From positions 12,256 through 76,255 of the forward strand of contig JAFVUY010000050.1 in the NCBI GenBank assembly GCA_017502465.1: 64,000 nucleotides of DNA. The letters run 5' to 3'. Under the pieces are notes generated by a model that did no database searches, was not told the DNA's origin, and saw only the letters and a program-made list of their open reading frames with translations. Every line of letters begins with the position of its first letter. The stretch's first letter is position 1. This DNA comes from Bacilli bacterium. Its GTDB lineage: Bacteria; Bacillota_I; Bacilli_A; RFN20; CAG-826. Shown here piece after piece: positions 9,498 to 19,479 of the stretch. A program made the translations under genes and the position numbers.

Positions 9498-12400
9498 TGA
9501 AAAAAAGACTATTTGTTTTTGCCACTGCATCGATTGTTTGTGGCATTATCTTTGCTAGTGTCATTCAAGATAACACCCAAATTAGAAATGCTTTTGCGAG
9601 CAACTCTCACACCAGTAGTTGTAATTGGAACCATTACAACGAACTCCTTCCTACATATAACGAAAACGGAGTTAAAGAATATTGGATTTGTTGTGACCAT
9701 CCACATTTAGGACCATCTTTAAGTGCTCCTACAAGTGGAAAAGTCACTAATAGAAGTGCGAGTAGCGACTTTAGAAAAACTATTCAACCTGCGGATATTA
9801 GATATTTAAAACCTTATAATGAACCATTAGATTTTTCTGATGGTTATTTGCCTTCTATCTTAACCCATAATAGCAACGTTAAATCTGCGACAGTTACTGA
9901 CGAAGGTGAATATAAATTTGTTGTGAAAAACGGTAGTTTTGGCGTTTTCCTTAGCAAATATTATTTAGATCAGGTCTTTTCTGATCCAAGTGTTGTTGCG
10001 ATTAACTTTGAAGCAAAAGGTGACTTCGCCACAAACAACTTCAGAAGAAAATATTATGATCCCCTTAAAAATGCTTGGACAAATAGAACTTACGAGTCCA
10101 ATCACTCTGCATATGGTATTACCCAAAATTGGAAAACATTCACATATACACGTGAATATTATGATTTATATCAAGAAGGTGAAACCTTCCTTTGTGGAGG
10201 AAACGTTAGTGAAAATAACTATATTCTTATCGACAATATTACTCCAGTTAAAGTTCATTTAGATCCTTATCGTTTTGAAAATGGCGGTATTAGAGATACA
10301 TGGAATTTCTACACCCCAGGCCACTCTGATAGCGGATATATTTATTACGAAGCTCCTGAAAGAATTTTCCGCGCACACGATGATAATAAAGGAGTTCTTA
10401 CTGAAGCGGGTTATGACTATGACCACAAATCAGAAGGTAGACGCTCCATTAGAATTGGTAAAAATAATGGTTATGTTGCCTTTTATTTAAGAAATAATAT
10501 TCAAACCATTTTAGGAGATGACGATATTATCTTATTTGATTTTATGTCTTCAATAGGCATTAACTCCAACTTAACGGCTAAAAATCTCACTGACGGCATG
10601 AACCAAATCGGTTTTGCTCCTAATGGAGTTCATCCTGGAAATCAATGGGTGACATATGCTTTCACAAAGAGCAATATTACCTCTGATGGCAGATTCCTTA
10701 TTGTTCAAGGTAGTACCAGTGGATATTACTATTTTGATAATATCCGTATTGTTAAAAATAATGGATATGTCAATCAAGGTAATATTCATCTTGAAAAAGG
10801 TGAAGGATATTCACTTACCACTTCACACAATATCGATAAAGTTGAATACATCGCGATTAACGATATTGAAGCAAGTCCAAGCGACACAAATATTTCTGTT
10901 TCTGGAAGAACAGTTAATTTATCAAGCGCCTTGATGGAAGAAGGCAAAATCACAAAATTCTTAATTGTTTATGAACATAACTACCAGTTATATTCCAATT
11001 ACACTTTCTTCGAACCAAATGTTTTCACAAAACAAAGCGATGTTAGTCTTTCTATTGCCTATGGTGATAGTGGATACCACACATTATCTGGTTATTCAAA
11101 CATTTATCGAATGACATGTAATGGAAAAGAAGTTCCGTTTGAAGTCAGTGGGGCAAATTATTTAATTCCTAAAGCCGCGCTTATTGAACTTCTTGAAACA
11201 TCTAATAATAAAAAAGTAAGCGGTAAAATCAATTTAGATTTATATTCATTAACCGCGAAATATAGAATTCCATTTAACATTACAGTTTCTAACAACGTTG
11301 ATGTTAAACCAATTCCAAATTATCAAGGTGAAGGTATTAAAACTCACGCTTATTCCTTCTCATCTGAATTAGGTGATCAAAATACTTACGCACCTTATTT
11401 AAACACAACAAAAATTGCCGAATATAACAATGTCGGTTATGAAATTATTTACGAACAAAGAGTTCACGTCCTCACCGACCACTCTAAATCTAAAAACGCA
11501 ATTAATTTCTTGTTAGATAACGCTCAAAGATTGGGCAAAAAAGTTATCTTATCAGAAGATGCCTTTGGTTTATTCTCCAAACAAACTCAATCCCTTATTG
11601 GAAACGATGTTATGAACGGCTCTTCGGTTTATTCTCACTTTAATAGTGAAGCTGAACTTGATTCCTTTGTTGAATCAAGACTCAAATTATATATTGATCA
11701 TCCAGCTTGCTATGGGGTCTCTATTGGTGATGAACAATCTTATGATCAAATTGTCAATGGCTTTAAAGATATCATGCAATCACTTCACCGTGTTTTAACT
11801 AAACTCGGAAGAACTGATTTCTATCTTGGTAATAACTTACATCCATTCTCCGCGAGCGATGAAACTCTTGCCGGCGCAAATTATAAGACAGCATCTGATG
11901 CCGAAAATTACCACGAACTTAATTATCTTACTTACTTAAACGCTTACTTAAACGCAAGCGGTAATGACTATATTCAGTTCGACGCTTATCCATTCGCAGA
12001 TAATAAAAAAGGCGGAAACTATGGTAAACACTCTGATCCTGATATCACAACAGCAAATGGCATTACATATTTCTATATGGCGAACTTATTATTAGTCGCT
12101 AACTTTGCAAAAGAAAACAATCTTGAACTTAAGATGGTTGGTCAATCTACCACATATTACGGCACCCGTATTATTGATAGAAAAGATATGGCGTGGATTT
12201 ATAACATGATGCTTGGTATGGGTGTCAAACATATTTCTAGCTTCGTCTATTGCAATAGAGGTACTTCGGGCGTTTCAAAAGAAGGATGGCTTGACGAATC
12301 TTCTCCACTTAATGGTAACGGAGAAAGAAATGATCATTATTATCTTTTCCAATCCACCCTTATGGAAATTCAACAATTCTCAAAATTCATCTCAGCGTTT

Positions 12401-12808
12401 GATTATGAGTGGTGTAATTTATTTAACTTCACACCTTCCTGGATTGAATCAACCTTTCAAGGAAAGGTAAAACCAAATACTGCTTATGTTTATGAATATA
12501 TGAGAAGTATGTCTTCATATTCTTCCACTAAGACATATGGAGAATTCTCTTCCCTTACAGTTAACCAAGACTGGGTTTTGGTTTCGGGTTTAAAAGCTAA
12601 AGCTGATGGAAAGAAAATGTTTATGATTCAAAACGTTTACAACAACTTTGAAAACGAATTATTACAAAATATCACAGTTACCTTAAATGGCACATATAAC
12701 TATGCGGTCATTTATGAATCTGGTTTACCACGTGTTGTGACATTAAATAGCAAAACACTTAATTTACAATTATCGAGTGGTAGAGCAGCCTTTGTGCTTG
12801 TTTACTAA
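9497..12808 (+). CDS. Secreted multidomain protein with a putative C-terminal TIM-barrel glycoside hydrolase-like domain
   Basis: N-terminal signal or anchor, beta-rich middle, and C-terminal half with HPACYGVSIGDEQ and YIQFDAYPF motifs seen in clan GH-A-like barrels. Confidence 0.55.
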   Translation: MKKRLFVFATASIVCGIIFASVIQDNTQIRNAFASNSHTSSCNWNHYNELLPTYNENGVKEYWICCDHPHLGPSLSAPTSGKVTNRSASSDFRKTIQPADIRYLKPYNEPLDFSDGYLPSILTHNSNVKSATVTDEGEYKFVVKNGSFGVFLSKYYLDQVFSDPSVVAINFEAKGDFATNNFRRKYYDPLKNAWTNRTYESNHSAYGITQNWKTFTYTREYYDLYQEGETFLCGGNVSENNYILIDNITPVKVHLDPYRFENGGIRDTWNFYTPGHSDSGYIYYEAPERIFRAHDDNKGVLTEAGYDYDHKSEGRRSIRIGKNNGYVAFYLRNNIQTILGDDDIILFDFMSSIGINSNLTAKNLTDGMNQIGFAPNGVHPGNQWVTYAFTKSNITSDGRFLIVQGSTSGYYYFDNIRIVKNNGYVNQGNIHLEKGEGYSLTTSHNIDKVEYIAINDIEASPSDTNISVSGRTVNLSSALMEEGKITKFLIVYEHNYQLYSNYTFFEPNVFTKQSDVSLSIAYGDSGYHTLSGYSNIYRMTCNGKEVPFEVSGANYLIPKAALIELLETSNNKKVSGKINLDLYSLTAKYRIPFNITVSNNVDVKPIPNYQGEGIKTHAYSFSSELGDQNTYAPYLNTTKIAEYNNVGYEIIYEQRVHVLTDHSKSKNAINFLLDNAQRLGKKVILSEDAFGLFSKQTQSLIGNDVMNGSSVYSHFNSEAELDSFVESRLKLYIDHPACYGVSIGDEQSYDQIVNGFKDIMQSLHRVLTKLGRTDFYLGNNLHPFSASDETLAGANYKTASDAENYHELNYLTYLNAYLNASGNDYIQFDAYPFADNKKGGNYGKHSDPDITTANGITYFYMANLLLVANFAKENNLELKMVGQSTTYYGTRIIDRKDMAWIYNMMLGMGVKHISSFVYCNRGTSGVSKEGWLDESSPLNGNGERNDHYYLFQSTLMEIQQFSKFISAFDYEWCNLFNFTPSWIESTFQGKVKPNTAYVYEYMRSMSSYSSTKTYGEFSSLTVNQDWVLVSGLKAKADGKKMFMIQNVYNNFENELLQNITVTLNGTYNYAVIYESGLPRVVTLNSKTLNLQLSSGRAAFVLVY

Positions 12809-12823
12809 GGGAGATGAACATTA

Positions 12824-14518
12824 ATGAAATTAAACAATAAATGGGGATATGGACAATTATTTGGTTTTTCAGCGATTGAAGGACCAAATAGATACTATTT
12901 TGATAACATCCTTATCACTATGCATAAAAAAGGAGAATTTAGATTTGAATATAGACCTTATTGGAACAAATTTAACTTCCCTACAAAAAGTCCATTATCA
13001 ATTAAATACATTATGAGTGACTTCTTTGTCGCATCATGCAAAGAAGGAGAAATCTTATTAACTTTCTATGATAATGACACCCTCGTAGGTGTTGCCCCTA
13101 CTTTACCTATTTTTAAAGGTGAAAAGAAATTAGAAGAAATCACAGAAAGAAATGTCAAAGTTTATGGCTTAGGTGGACATTATGTTGGAATTTTAGCTAA
13201 AGAAAGAGAAGATGGATTATTCGAATTTGTTATTCATCATTCTTTCTGCTCAACAGAAGCTCGCGCGGGTTGTAATCATATTTTTGGTACATATAACATT
13301 AACAACTTAATGGAAAAAAGAATTTCTTATTACCGCGAACTTCCAAAATGCTTAGATAAAAAATATGAAAAACTTTATTACAAATGTTTAAGTGTTAACA
13401 AAGTTAATGTTAATTCTCCAGTTGGACAAATTGACTCACTTTGGACCACACCTGATAGAGTTCCTCATCGTCATATGTGGATGTGGGATAGCGCCTTCCA
13501 TGCGATGGCCTTCTCTACTTATAACCTTCCACTTGCGGAAGAAATCTTTTTAGCGATGTTAAAACAAACTAGAGAAAATGGCTTTATGCCTCATATGGCG
13601 AACCCAACAGATATGAGTGATGTCACTCAACCATGTGTTATGTCTTACGCAGCTTATTGGGTTTATGAAAGAGGTCATAATTTAGAATTTTTAAAACAAT
13701 GTGTCCCATATCTAGAAAAATATTTGACATATGATTTAAAAAATAGAGATAAAAACAATAATGGTTTATTAGAATGGTTAACTGAACCAGACTATGAACT
13801 TTGTAAATGTGGAGAATCTGGATTAGATAATTCTCCAAGATTTGATTTTGATATTGAAATGGTTTGTCTTGATTTCACTTCATATTTTGTTTTAGACACA
13901 TTGTATTTAAGCAAAATTTATGAATTATTAGGTGATCAAGAAAACGCTGCAAAATGGATGAAAATCCACTTAGAAACAAAAGATAAAGTTAATGAACTCC
14001 TTTGGAGTGAAGAGGATGGAATGTATTATGACCGTTTATTTAACGGGGAATTAACAAAAGTTTTAACTAATTCTAATTTCGTCCCACTTTTCGCAGGAAT
14101 TCCAAGTAAGGAACGCGTAGAAAAAATGATGAAAGTTTTATTTGATGAAACATTATTAAATACACCTGCATCATTCGCATCTATTTCTAAAAAAGACCCA
14201 CGTTATTCTACAGATATGTGGAGAGGTGGCGTCTGGATTAATTTTAACTACTTTATCATTAAAGGTCTTAAACAATACGGTTTTAAAAAAGAGGCTGATG
14301 AGGTTAGAAATAGAACCCTTGAAATGATTAATAAATGGTATAAAAAGACAGGAGTTGTCTTTGAATTCTATGATCCAGAAGATCAAATTTCCCCTTTCTA
14401 CTGTGAAAGAAAAGGAAAACAACCCAAGGTTCCAGATTATAGAAAACACGTTCATAGCATTGCTGATTTCAACTGGTCATGCTGCTTTGCAATGCTTCTT
14501 ATTCAAGGAGATTATTAA
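12824..14518 (+). CDS. (alpha/alpha)6 glycoside hydrolase, GH63/MGH1/trehalase-like
   Basis: WMWDSAFH, TQP, ESGLDNSPRFD, WRGGVW.N.N, EFYDP. Confidence 0.8.
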   Translation: MKLNNKWGYGQLFGFSAIEGPNRYYFDNILITMHKKGEFRFEYRPYWNKFNFPTKSPLSIKYIMSDFFVASCKEGEILLTFYDNDTLVGVAPTLPIFKGEKKLEEITERNVKVYGLGGHYVGILAKEREDGLFEFVIHHSFCSTEARAGCNHIFGTYNINNLMEKRISYYRELPKCLDKKYEKLYYKCLSVNKVNVNSPVGQIDSLWTTPDRVPHRHMWMWDSAFHAMAFSTYNLPLAEEIFLAMLKQTRENGFMPHMANPTDMSDVTQPCVMSYAAYWVYERGHNLEFLKQCVPYLEKYLTYDLKNRDKNNNGLLEWLTEPDYELCKCGESGLDNSPRFDFDIEMVCLDFTSYFVLDTLYLSKIYELLGDQENAAKWMKIHLETKDKVNELLWSEEDGMYYDRLFNGELTKVLTNSNFVPLFAGIPSKERVEKMMKVLFDETLLNTPASFASISKKDPRYSTDMWRGGVWINFNYFIIKGLKQYGFKKEADEVRNRTLEMINKWYKKTGVVFEFYDPEDQISPFYCERKGKQPKVPDYRKHVHSIADFNWSCCFAMLLIQGDY

Positions 14519-14521
14519 TTT

Positions 14522-15325
14522 ATGGGTATTTCAAGATATTTACCAAATAACCCTATAAGAAAATTTATTTCCACTCCAGGAGCGATGTCTATTTTTAGAG
14601 AAGTAGGGTTTATCGGTGATTCTCTTTCAAGTGGGGAACACGAAGGCTTCTTAAATGACACGAAAACATACCATGATTATTATGAATATTCATGGGGCCA
14701 ATTCATCGCGAGAAGATGTGGATTAAAAGCTTATAACTTTTCTCAAGGCGGCCTAAAAGCGTCCACATTCTTTGATTATATTCAAAAAGAAGGATGTAAT
14801 CCTTTCGTGGATGAAAAACGTTGTCAGGCTTATTTTATTGCCTTAGGCGTTAATGACTTAAACCATATTGATACTTATGAAGATGGTTTTGGAAGTATTG
14901 ATGATGTTGATTTTGAAAATGAAGATAACAATAAACATTCATTTGTTGGTCAATATGTAAGAATTATTCAAAAATTAAGAAAATTTGAACCAAAATGTCG
15001 TATCTTTGTTCTTACTATGCCTACTGGTCAAAAAGAAGATAAAGGAGCCAAAATACGCGCGAATAAACATAGGGATTTTCTTCTTTCTTTAAAAAAATAT
15101 TTTGATTTTTTCTATGTTATTGATTTAAGAAAATACGCGCCTATATACGGCAAAAAGTTTAGAAAAAAATATTTCTTAGGTGGACACATGTCCGCGTTAG
15201 GCTATCTTTTCACCGCGGATATGGTGATTACTTATGTTGATTATATTATTAACAAACACCCAGAAGATTTCGCTCAGATTGGGTTTATTGGAAAAGGTGT
15301 TTATAACAGCCTTTGTAAATGGTGA
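14522..15325 (+). CDS. SGNH/GDSL hydrolase (possible pectin or rhamnogalacturonan acetylesterase)
   Basis: GDSLS, LGVND and GHMS..GY blocks. Confidence 0.8.
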   Translation: MGISRYLPNNPIRKFISTPGAMSIFREVGFIGDSLSSGEHEGFLNDTKTYHDYYEYSWGQFIARRCGLKAYNFSQGGLKASTFFDYIQKEGCNPFVDEKRCQAYFIALGVNDLNHIDTYEDGFGSIDDVDFENEDNNKHSFVGQYVRIIQKLRKFEPKCRIFVLTMPTGQKEDKGAKIRANKHRDFLLSLKKYFDFFYVIDLRKYAPIYGKKFRKKYFLGGHMSALGYLFTADMVITYVDYIINKHPEDFAQIGFIGKGVYNSLCKW

Positions 15326-16701
15326 GTAATATGAAAGTTGTTCAATTTGGAGAAGGTAATTTCCTTCGAGCGTTTGTGGATTTATATTTAGATACTTTAA
15401 ACAAAGAAGGTTTAAATAATTTTGAAGTGTCTATTATTAAACCAATTGCCTCAGGTTCCTTAGAAAAATTTAAAGTGCAAGATTGTAAATATAATGTTAT
15501 TTTACGCGGCAGATTGAACAACGCAGATGTCGAAAATATTTATCACGTTGACTGTGTGAAAGAGGCTATTAATCCATTTTTAGACAATGATAGATATTAT
15601 GAACTAGCAGAAGATAAAGAAGTGAAATTATTTATTTCTAACACTACTGAAGCAGGTATCTGTTTTGATGAAAATGATAAATTTGATAATTGTCCAAATA
15701 TGACCTTCCCTGCAAAAGTCACAAAATGGTTATTTAAAAGATTTAACGCTGGTCTTGATGGAGTTTATTTCTTACCAGTGGAATTAATTGACAATAACGC
15801 TTTAGAACTTTATAGATGCATTGATAAATACATTACTTTATGGAATTTACCAGAAGAATTTAGAAAATGGAATAATTCTAAGAATTATTATTGCAACACG
15901 CTTGTTGATAGAATTGTCTCTGGATATCCAAGAGACAATGAAACTAAACAACATTTAACAAAATTAATCGGTTATGAAGACTCTCTTATGACAATTGGAG
16001 AGCCATTTGGTTTATGGGTCATTGAAGACAAGGGCGATATTAAAAATATTTTAAAAGACGGACTTCATAATATTGAAGTTATCTTCTCTAAAGACATTTC
16101 TTATTACAAGAAAAGAAAAGTTAGAGTCTTAAATGGATCTCACACAAATCTTGTTCCAATTTCTCTTTATTTAGGAATGCACACAGTCTACGATGTGATG
16201 AAAGATAAAGATTTATCTACTTTTGTAGATAATTCACTTAAATATGATATCGTCCCATTTGTCAGTGATGATATTAAGACGACTATAAAATTTGCAGAAG
16301 AAACAAAAGAAAGATTCTTAAATCCATATTTAAACCATCAACTAACTAGCATCGCCCTTAACTCTGTTAGTAAATGGAAAGCAAGAGTCCTCCCATCATT
16401 TAAAGATTATTATGATTTAAATCATAAAATCCCTACATATTTAACTATCGGATTTGCCTATTTGGTGACCTTATATTCAAATATTTATCAACTTAACGAT
16501 ACATTTATTTGTAAGCTTCCAAATAGAGAAATAGAAGTTAAAGATGATATTTCAAATCTTACATATTTCTTTGATAAATCTATTTTAGATTTTATGAAAG
16601 ATACTTCAATCTGGGGTATGGATTTAACAAGCTTTGAAGGATTCTATGAACAAGTAGAATTTTATATTGATAAAATTAAAAAGGGAGAAAAGGTAATCTA
16701 A
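15319..16701 (+). CDS. uxaB: Tagaturonate reductase (altronate oxidoreductase)
   Basis: VQFGEGNFLRAF, ISNTTEAGI, LVDRIVSGYP, KVRVLNGSHT. Confidence 0.93.
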   Translation: MVSNMKVVQFGEGNFLRAFVDLYLDTLNKEGLNNFEVSIIKPIASGSLEKFKVQDCKYNVILRGRLNNADVENIYHVDCVKEAINPFLDNDRYYELAEDKEVKLFISNTTEAGICFDENDKFDNCPNMTFPAKVTKWLFKRFNAGLDGVYFLPVELIDNNALELYRCIDKYITLWNLPEEFRKWNNSKNYYCNTLVDRIVSGYPRDNETKQHLTKLIGYEDSLMTIGEPFGLWVIEDKGDIKNILKDGLHNIEVIFSKDISYYKKRKVRVLNGSHTNLVPISLYLGMHTVYDVMKDKDLSTFVDNSLKYDIVPFVSDDIKTTIKFAEETKERFLNPYLNHQLTSIALNSVSKWKARVLPSFKDYYDLNHKIPTYLTIGFAYLVTLYSNIYQLNDTFICKLPNREIEVKDDISNLTYFFDKSILDFMKDTSIWGMDLTSFEGFYEQVEFYIDKIKKGEKVI

Positions 16702-16702
16702 T

Positions 16703-18106
16703 ATGTCTAAATTTCTTAAAATTCATGAATTAGATAATGTAGCGATTGAATTAGATGACTTTTCTAATATTAAAAAAGGTCATAAAGTTGCTTGTAAAGA
16801 TATCAAAAAAGGCGAATATGTTTATAAATATGGACATATTATCGGAAAGGCAAAAGTTGATATTAAAAAAGGTGAATGGGTCCATTCGCATAATTTAATT
16901 TCTCATTTAGATGAGGATGTTTCTTATACCTATAACAAAGTTAATATAACTTTAAATAAAGATAGGGGAACATTCTTGGGTTACAAACGCAAAAACGGAC
17001 GCGCGGGTATTAGGAATGATATTTATATCATTCCTACAGTCGGATGCGTTAATAGTGTGGTTAAAGAAATTGAGAAAGAATCTCAAAAATTTGTTAAAGG
17101 ATCAATCGATAGCATCTTTGCCTTACCTCATCAATTTGGTTGTTCTCAACTTGGTGATGACCAAAACAATATCGAAAATCTTTTAGCAAGTATCGCGCTT
17201 AACCCAAACGCAACATATGTCTTGTTCGTGGGTTTGGGATGTGAAAATAACTCAATTAAAGGTATTAAAAAGATTTTAGAAAAATATCAACGCGACAATA
17301 TTGAATTTATGATTGCTCAAGAAGTTGAAGATGAAGTCTCTTATGGTGTTAACATCATTAAAGGTATGGCGGATAAAGCTTCAAAACTTACTAGAGAAGA
17401 AATTGATATTAAAGAACTTTGTATCGGTCTTAAATGCGGAGGAAGCGATGCTTTCTCTGGTATCACCGCGAACCCACTTGTTGGGAAAGTGGCGGATAAG
17501 ATTATTTCCATGGGAGGAAGTGCGATTCTTACTGAAGTCCCAGAAATGTTTGGCGCGGAACAAATCTTAATGAATAGATGCGTTGATCAAAAAACCTTTG
17601 ATAAATTCAACAAAATGATTAATGATTTCAAACATTATTATTTAGATTTAGGTTTTCCAATTTATGAAAATCCTTCACCTGGAAATAAGGAAGGTGGTAT
17701 CACTACTTTAGAAGAAAAATCTTTAGGTTGTATCACAAAAGCAGGTGAATCTTTGATTCAAGACGTCTTAGAATATACAGAAACCATTAAAAAAGACGGA
17801 CTGAATGTCTTAAATGGACCTGGTAATGATTTAATTGCAGCGACCGCATTAATTGCCTCTGGCTGCCAATTAATCTTATTCACAACTGGAAGGGGCACTC
17901 CATTTTCTACAGCGGTTCCAACACTTAAAATTGCGACAAACAATTATATTGCCCGCCATAAATCACATTGGATAGACTTTGATGCCTCTACAATGGATGA
18001 AGAAGGTTTATATAACTTAGTTATTAATACCGCTTCAGGAAGGTATAAAGCTAAACAAGAAGATGGTCATGAGATTGCTTTCTTCAAGAAAGGAGTAACA
18101 TTATGA
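16703..18106 (+). CDS. uxaA: Altronate dehydratase
   Basis: SAF N-terminus, GCSQLGDD, LKCGGSD, ENPSPGNKEGG, FTTGRGTP. Confidence 0.93.
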   Translation: MSKFLKIHELDNVAIELDDFSNIKKGHKVACKDIKKGEYVYKYGHIIGKAKVDIKKGEWVHSHNLISHLDEDVSYTYNKVNITLNKDRGTFLGYKRKNGRAGIRNDIYIIPTVGCVNSVVKEIEKESQKFVKGSIDSIFALPHQFGCSQLGDDQNNIENLLASIALNPNATYVLFVGLGCENNSIKGIKKILEKYQRDNIEFMIAQEVEDEVSYGVNIIKGMADKASKLTREEIDIKELCIGLKCGGSDAFSGITANPLVGKVADKIISMGGSAILTEVPEMFGAEQILMNRCVDQKTFDKFNKMINDFKHYYLDLGFPIYENPSPGNKEGGITTLEEKSLGCITKAGESLIQDVLEYTETIKKDGLNVLNGPGNDLIAATALIASGCQLILFTTGRGTPFSTAVPTLKIATNNYIARHKSHWIDFDASTMDEEGLYNLVINTASGRYKAKQEDGHEIAFFKKGVTL

Positions 18107-19479
18107 GTTATTTAAAATCTAATTTCTTACTTAAAAATAAAACCAGTGAAAAATTATATTTTGATTATGCTTCTAACATGCCAATTTTTGATTATCACTG
18201 CCACTTATCTGAATATCAAATTTATGAAAATAAACAATTTGAAAACATTTTCCAAATTTGGTTAGCAGGCGATCATTACAAATGGAGATTAATGAGAAAT
18301 TACGGAATTAACGAAGAATATATCACTGGATCAAAAAGTGATAAAGAAAAATTTATCACCTATTGTAGTGTTCTTGGCAAAGCGTTTGGTAATCCTTTAT
18401 ATCACTGGAGTCAAGTTGAACTTGAAACATATTTTGGATGTGATTTAGAAATTAATGAAGCTAATGCAGAAAAGATTTGGGATATTTGTAACGCTTATAT
18501 TTCAAGTCACGTTGTTACCCCTCAAAGTTTAATTGAATCAAGCAATGTTAAAATTATTTTCACAACAAATGAAATCTTTGATGATTTAGAAATTTTTGAA
18601 AAAATCCAGCAAAAAGGCTATAAATTTAAGGTTTTTCCTGCTTTTAGGGCGGATAAAATCATGTTTATTGAAGCGGAAAAATATTTATCTTTTATTGAAA
18701 AATTAGGTGGCGTTTCTAGTTTTGAAAGCCTACTTAATAGAGTAGAAGAAAGATTAATTGAATTTAAAAAAGTTGGATGTGTAGCGAGTGACACTGCTCT
18801 TCAAGGAGTTTTTCCAGTAAGTGAATATGAAGAGGCAAAAGCAGTTTTTGAAAAAAGAATTAAAGGAGAAGAAATAACAGAAGAAGAAGCGAAAATATTC
18901 AAAGGTTATTTTACATATTTCCTTATGTCCCTATACGCGAAACATAATATCAAAAGCGAACTTCATATTGGTGCGATGAGAAATAATAACACAGTGATGC
19001 TAAATAAACTTGGTTTAGACACTGGCTTTGATTCAATCGCAGAAGACAATGGAATTTATAACTTATCTCGTCTTATGGATAGATTAAATAGTGAAGGAAA
19101 ATTGCCTGCGATGATCATCTTTAATCTTAATCCAAAGATGAATAGTGAAATTATGACTCTTATTGGTTGTTTCCAAGATGATTCTCATAGAGGAAAAATC
19201 CAATATGGTCCAGCCTGGTGGTTTTTAGATAATAAAGAAGGTATGGAAAAGCATCTTAAAGATTTAACCGCGACAGGCCACATCGGAGCGTTTGTTGGAA
19301 TGTTAACCGATTCAAGAAGTTTGCTTTCCTATCCAAGACATCATTATTTCAGAAGAATTTTATGTAATTATCTTGGTGAAATGGTGGAAAATGGAGAAAT
19401 TACTTCTGACTTAGAATTTATTGGTAAAGTCATCCAAGACATTTCTTATAACAACTCGATTGAATATTTTGGTTTTTAA
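18103..19479 (+). CDS. uxaC: Uronate isomerase
   Basis: DYHCHL, GDHYKWRLMR, GNPLYHW, WWFLD, GMLTDSRS, RHHYFRR. Confidence 0.95.
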   Translation: MSYLKSNFLLKNKTSEKLYFDYASNMPIFDYHCHLSEYQIYENKQFENIFQIWLAGDHYKWRLMRNYGINEEYITGSKSDKEKFITYCSVLGKAFGNPLYHWSQVELETYFGCDLEINEANAEKIWDICNAYISSHVVTPQSLIESSNVKIIFTTNEIFDDLEIFEKIQQKGYKFKVFPAFRADKIMFIEAEKYLSFIEKLGGVSSFESLLNRVEERLIEFKKVGCVASDTALQGVFPVSEYEEAKAVFEKRIKGEEITEEEAKIFKGYFTYFLMSLYAKHNIKSELHIGAMRNNNTVMLNKLGLDTGFDSIAEDNGIYNLSRLMDRLNSEGKLPAMIIFNLNPKMNSEIMTLIGCFQDDSHRGKIQYGPAWWFLDNKEGMEKHLKDLTATGHIGAFVGMLTDSRSLLSYPRHHYFRRILCNYLGEMVENGEITSDLEFIGKVIQDISYNNSIEYFGF

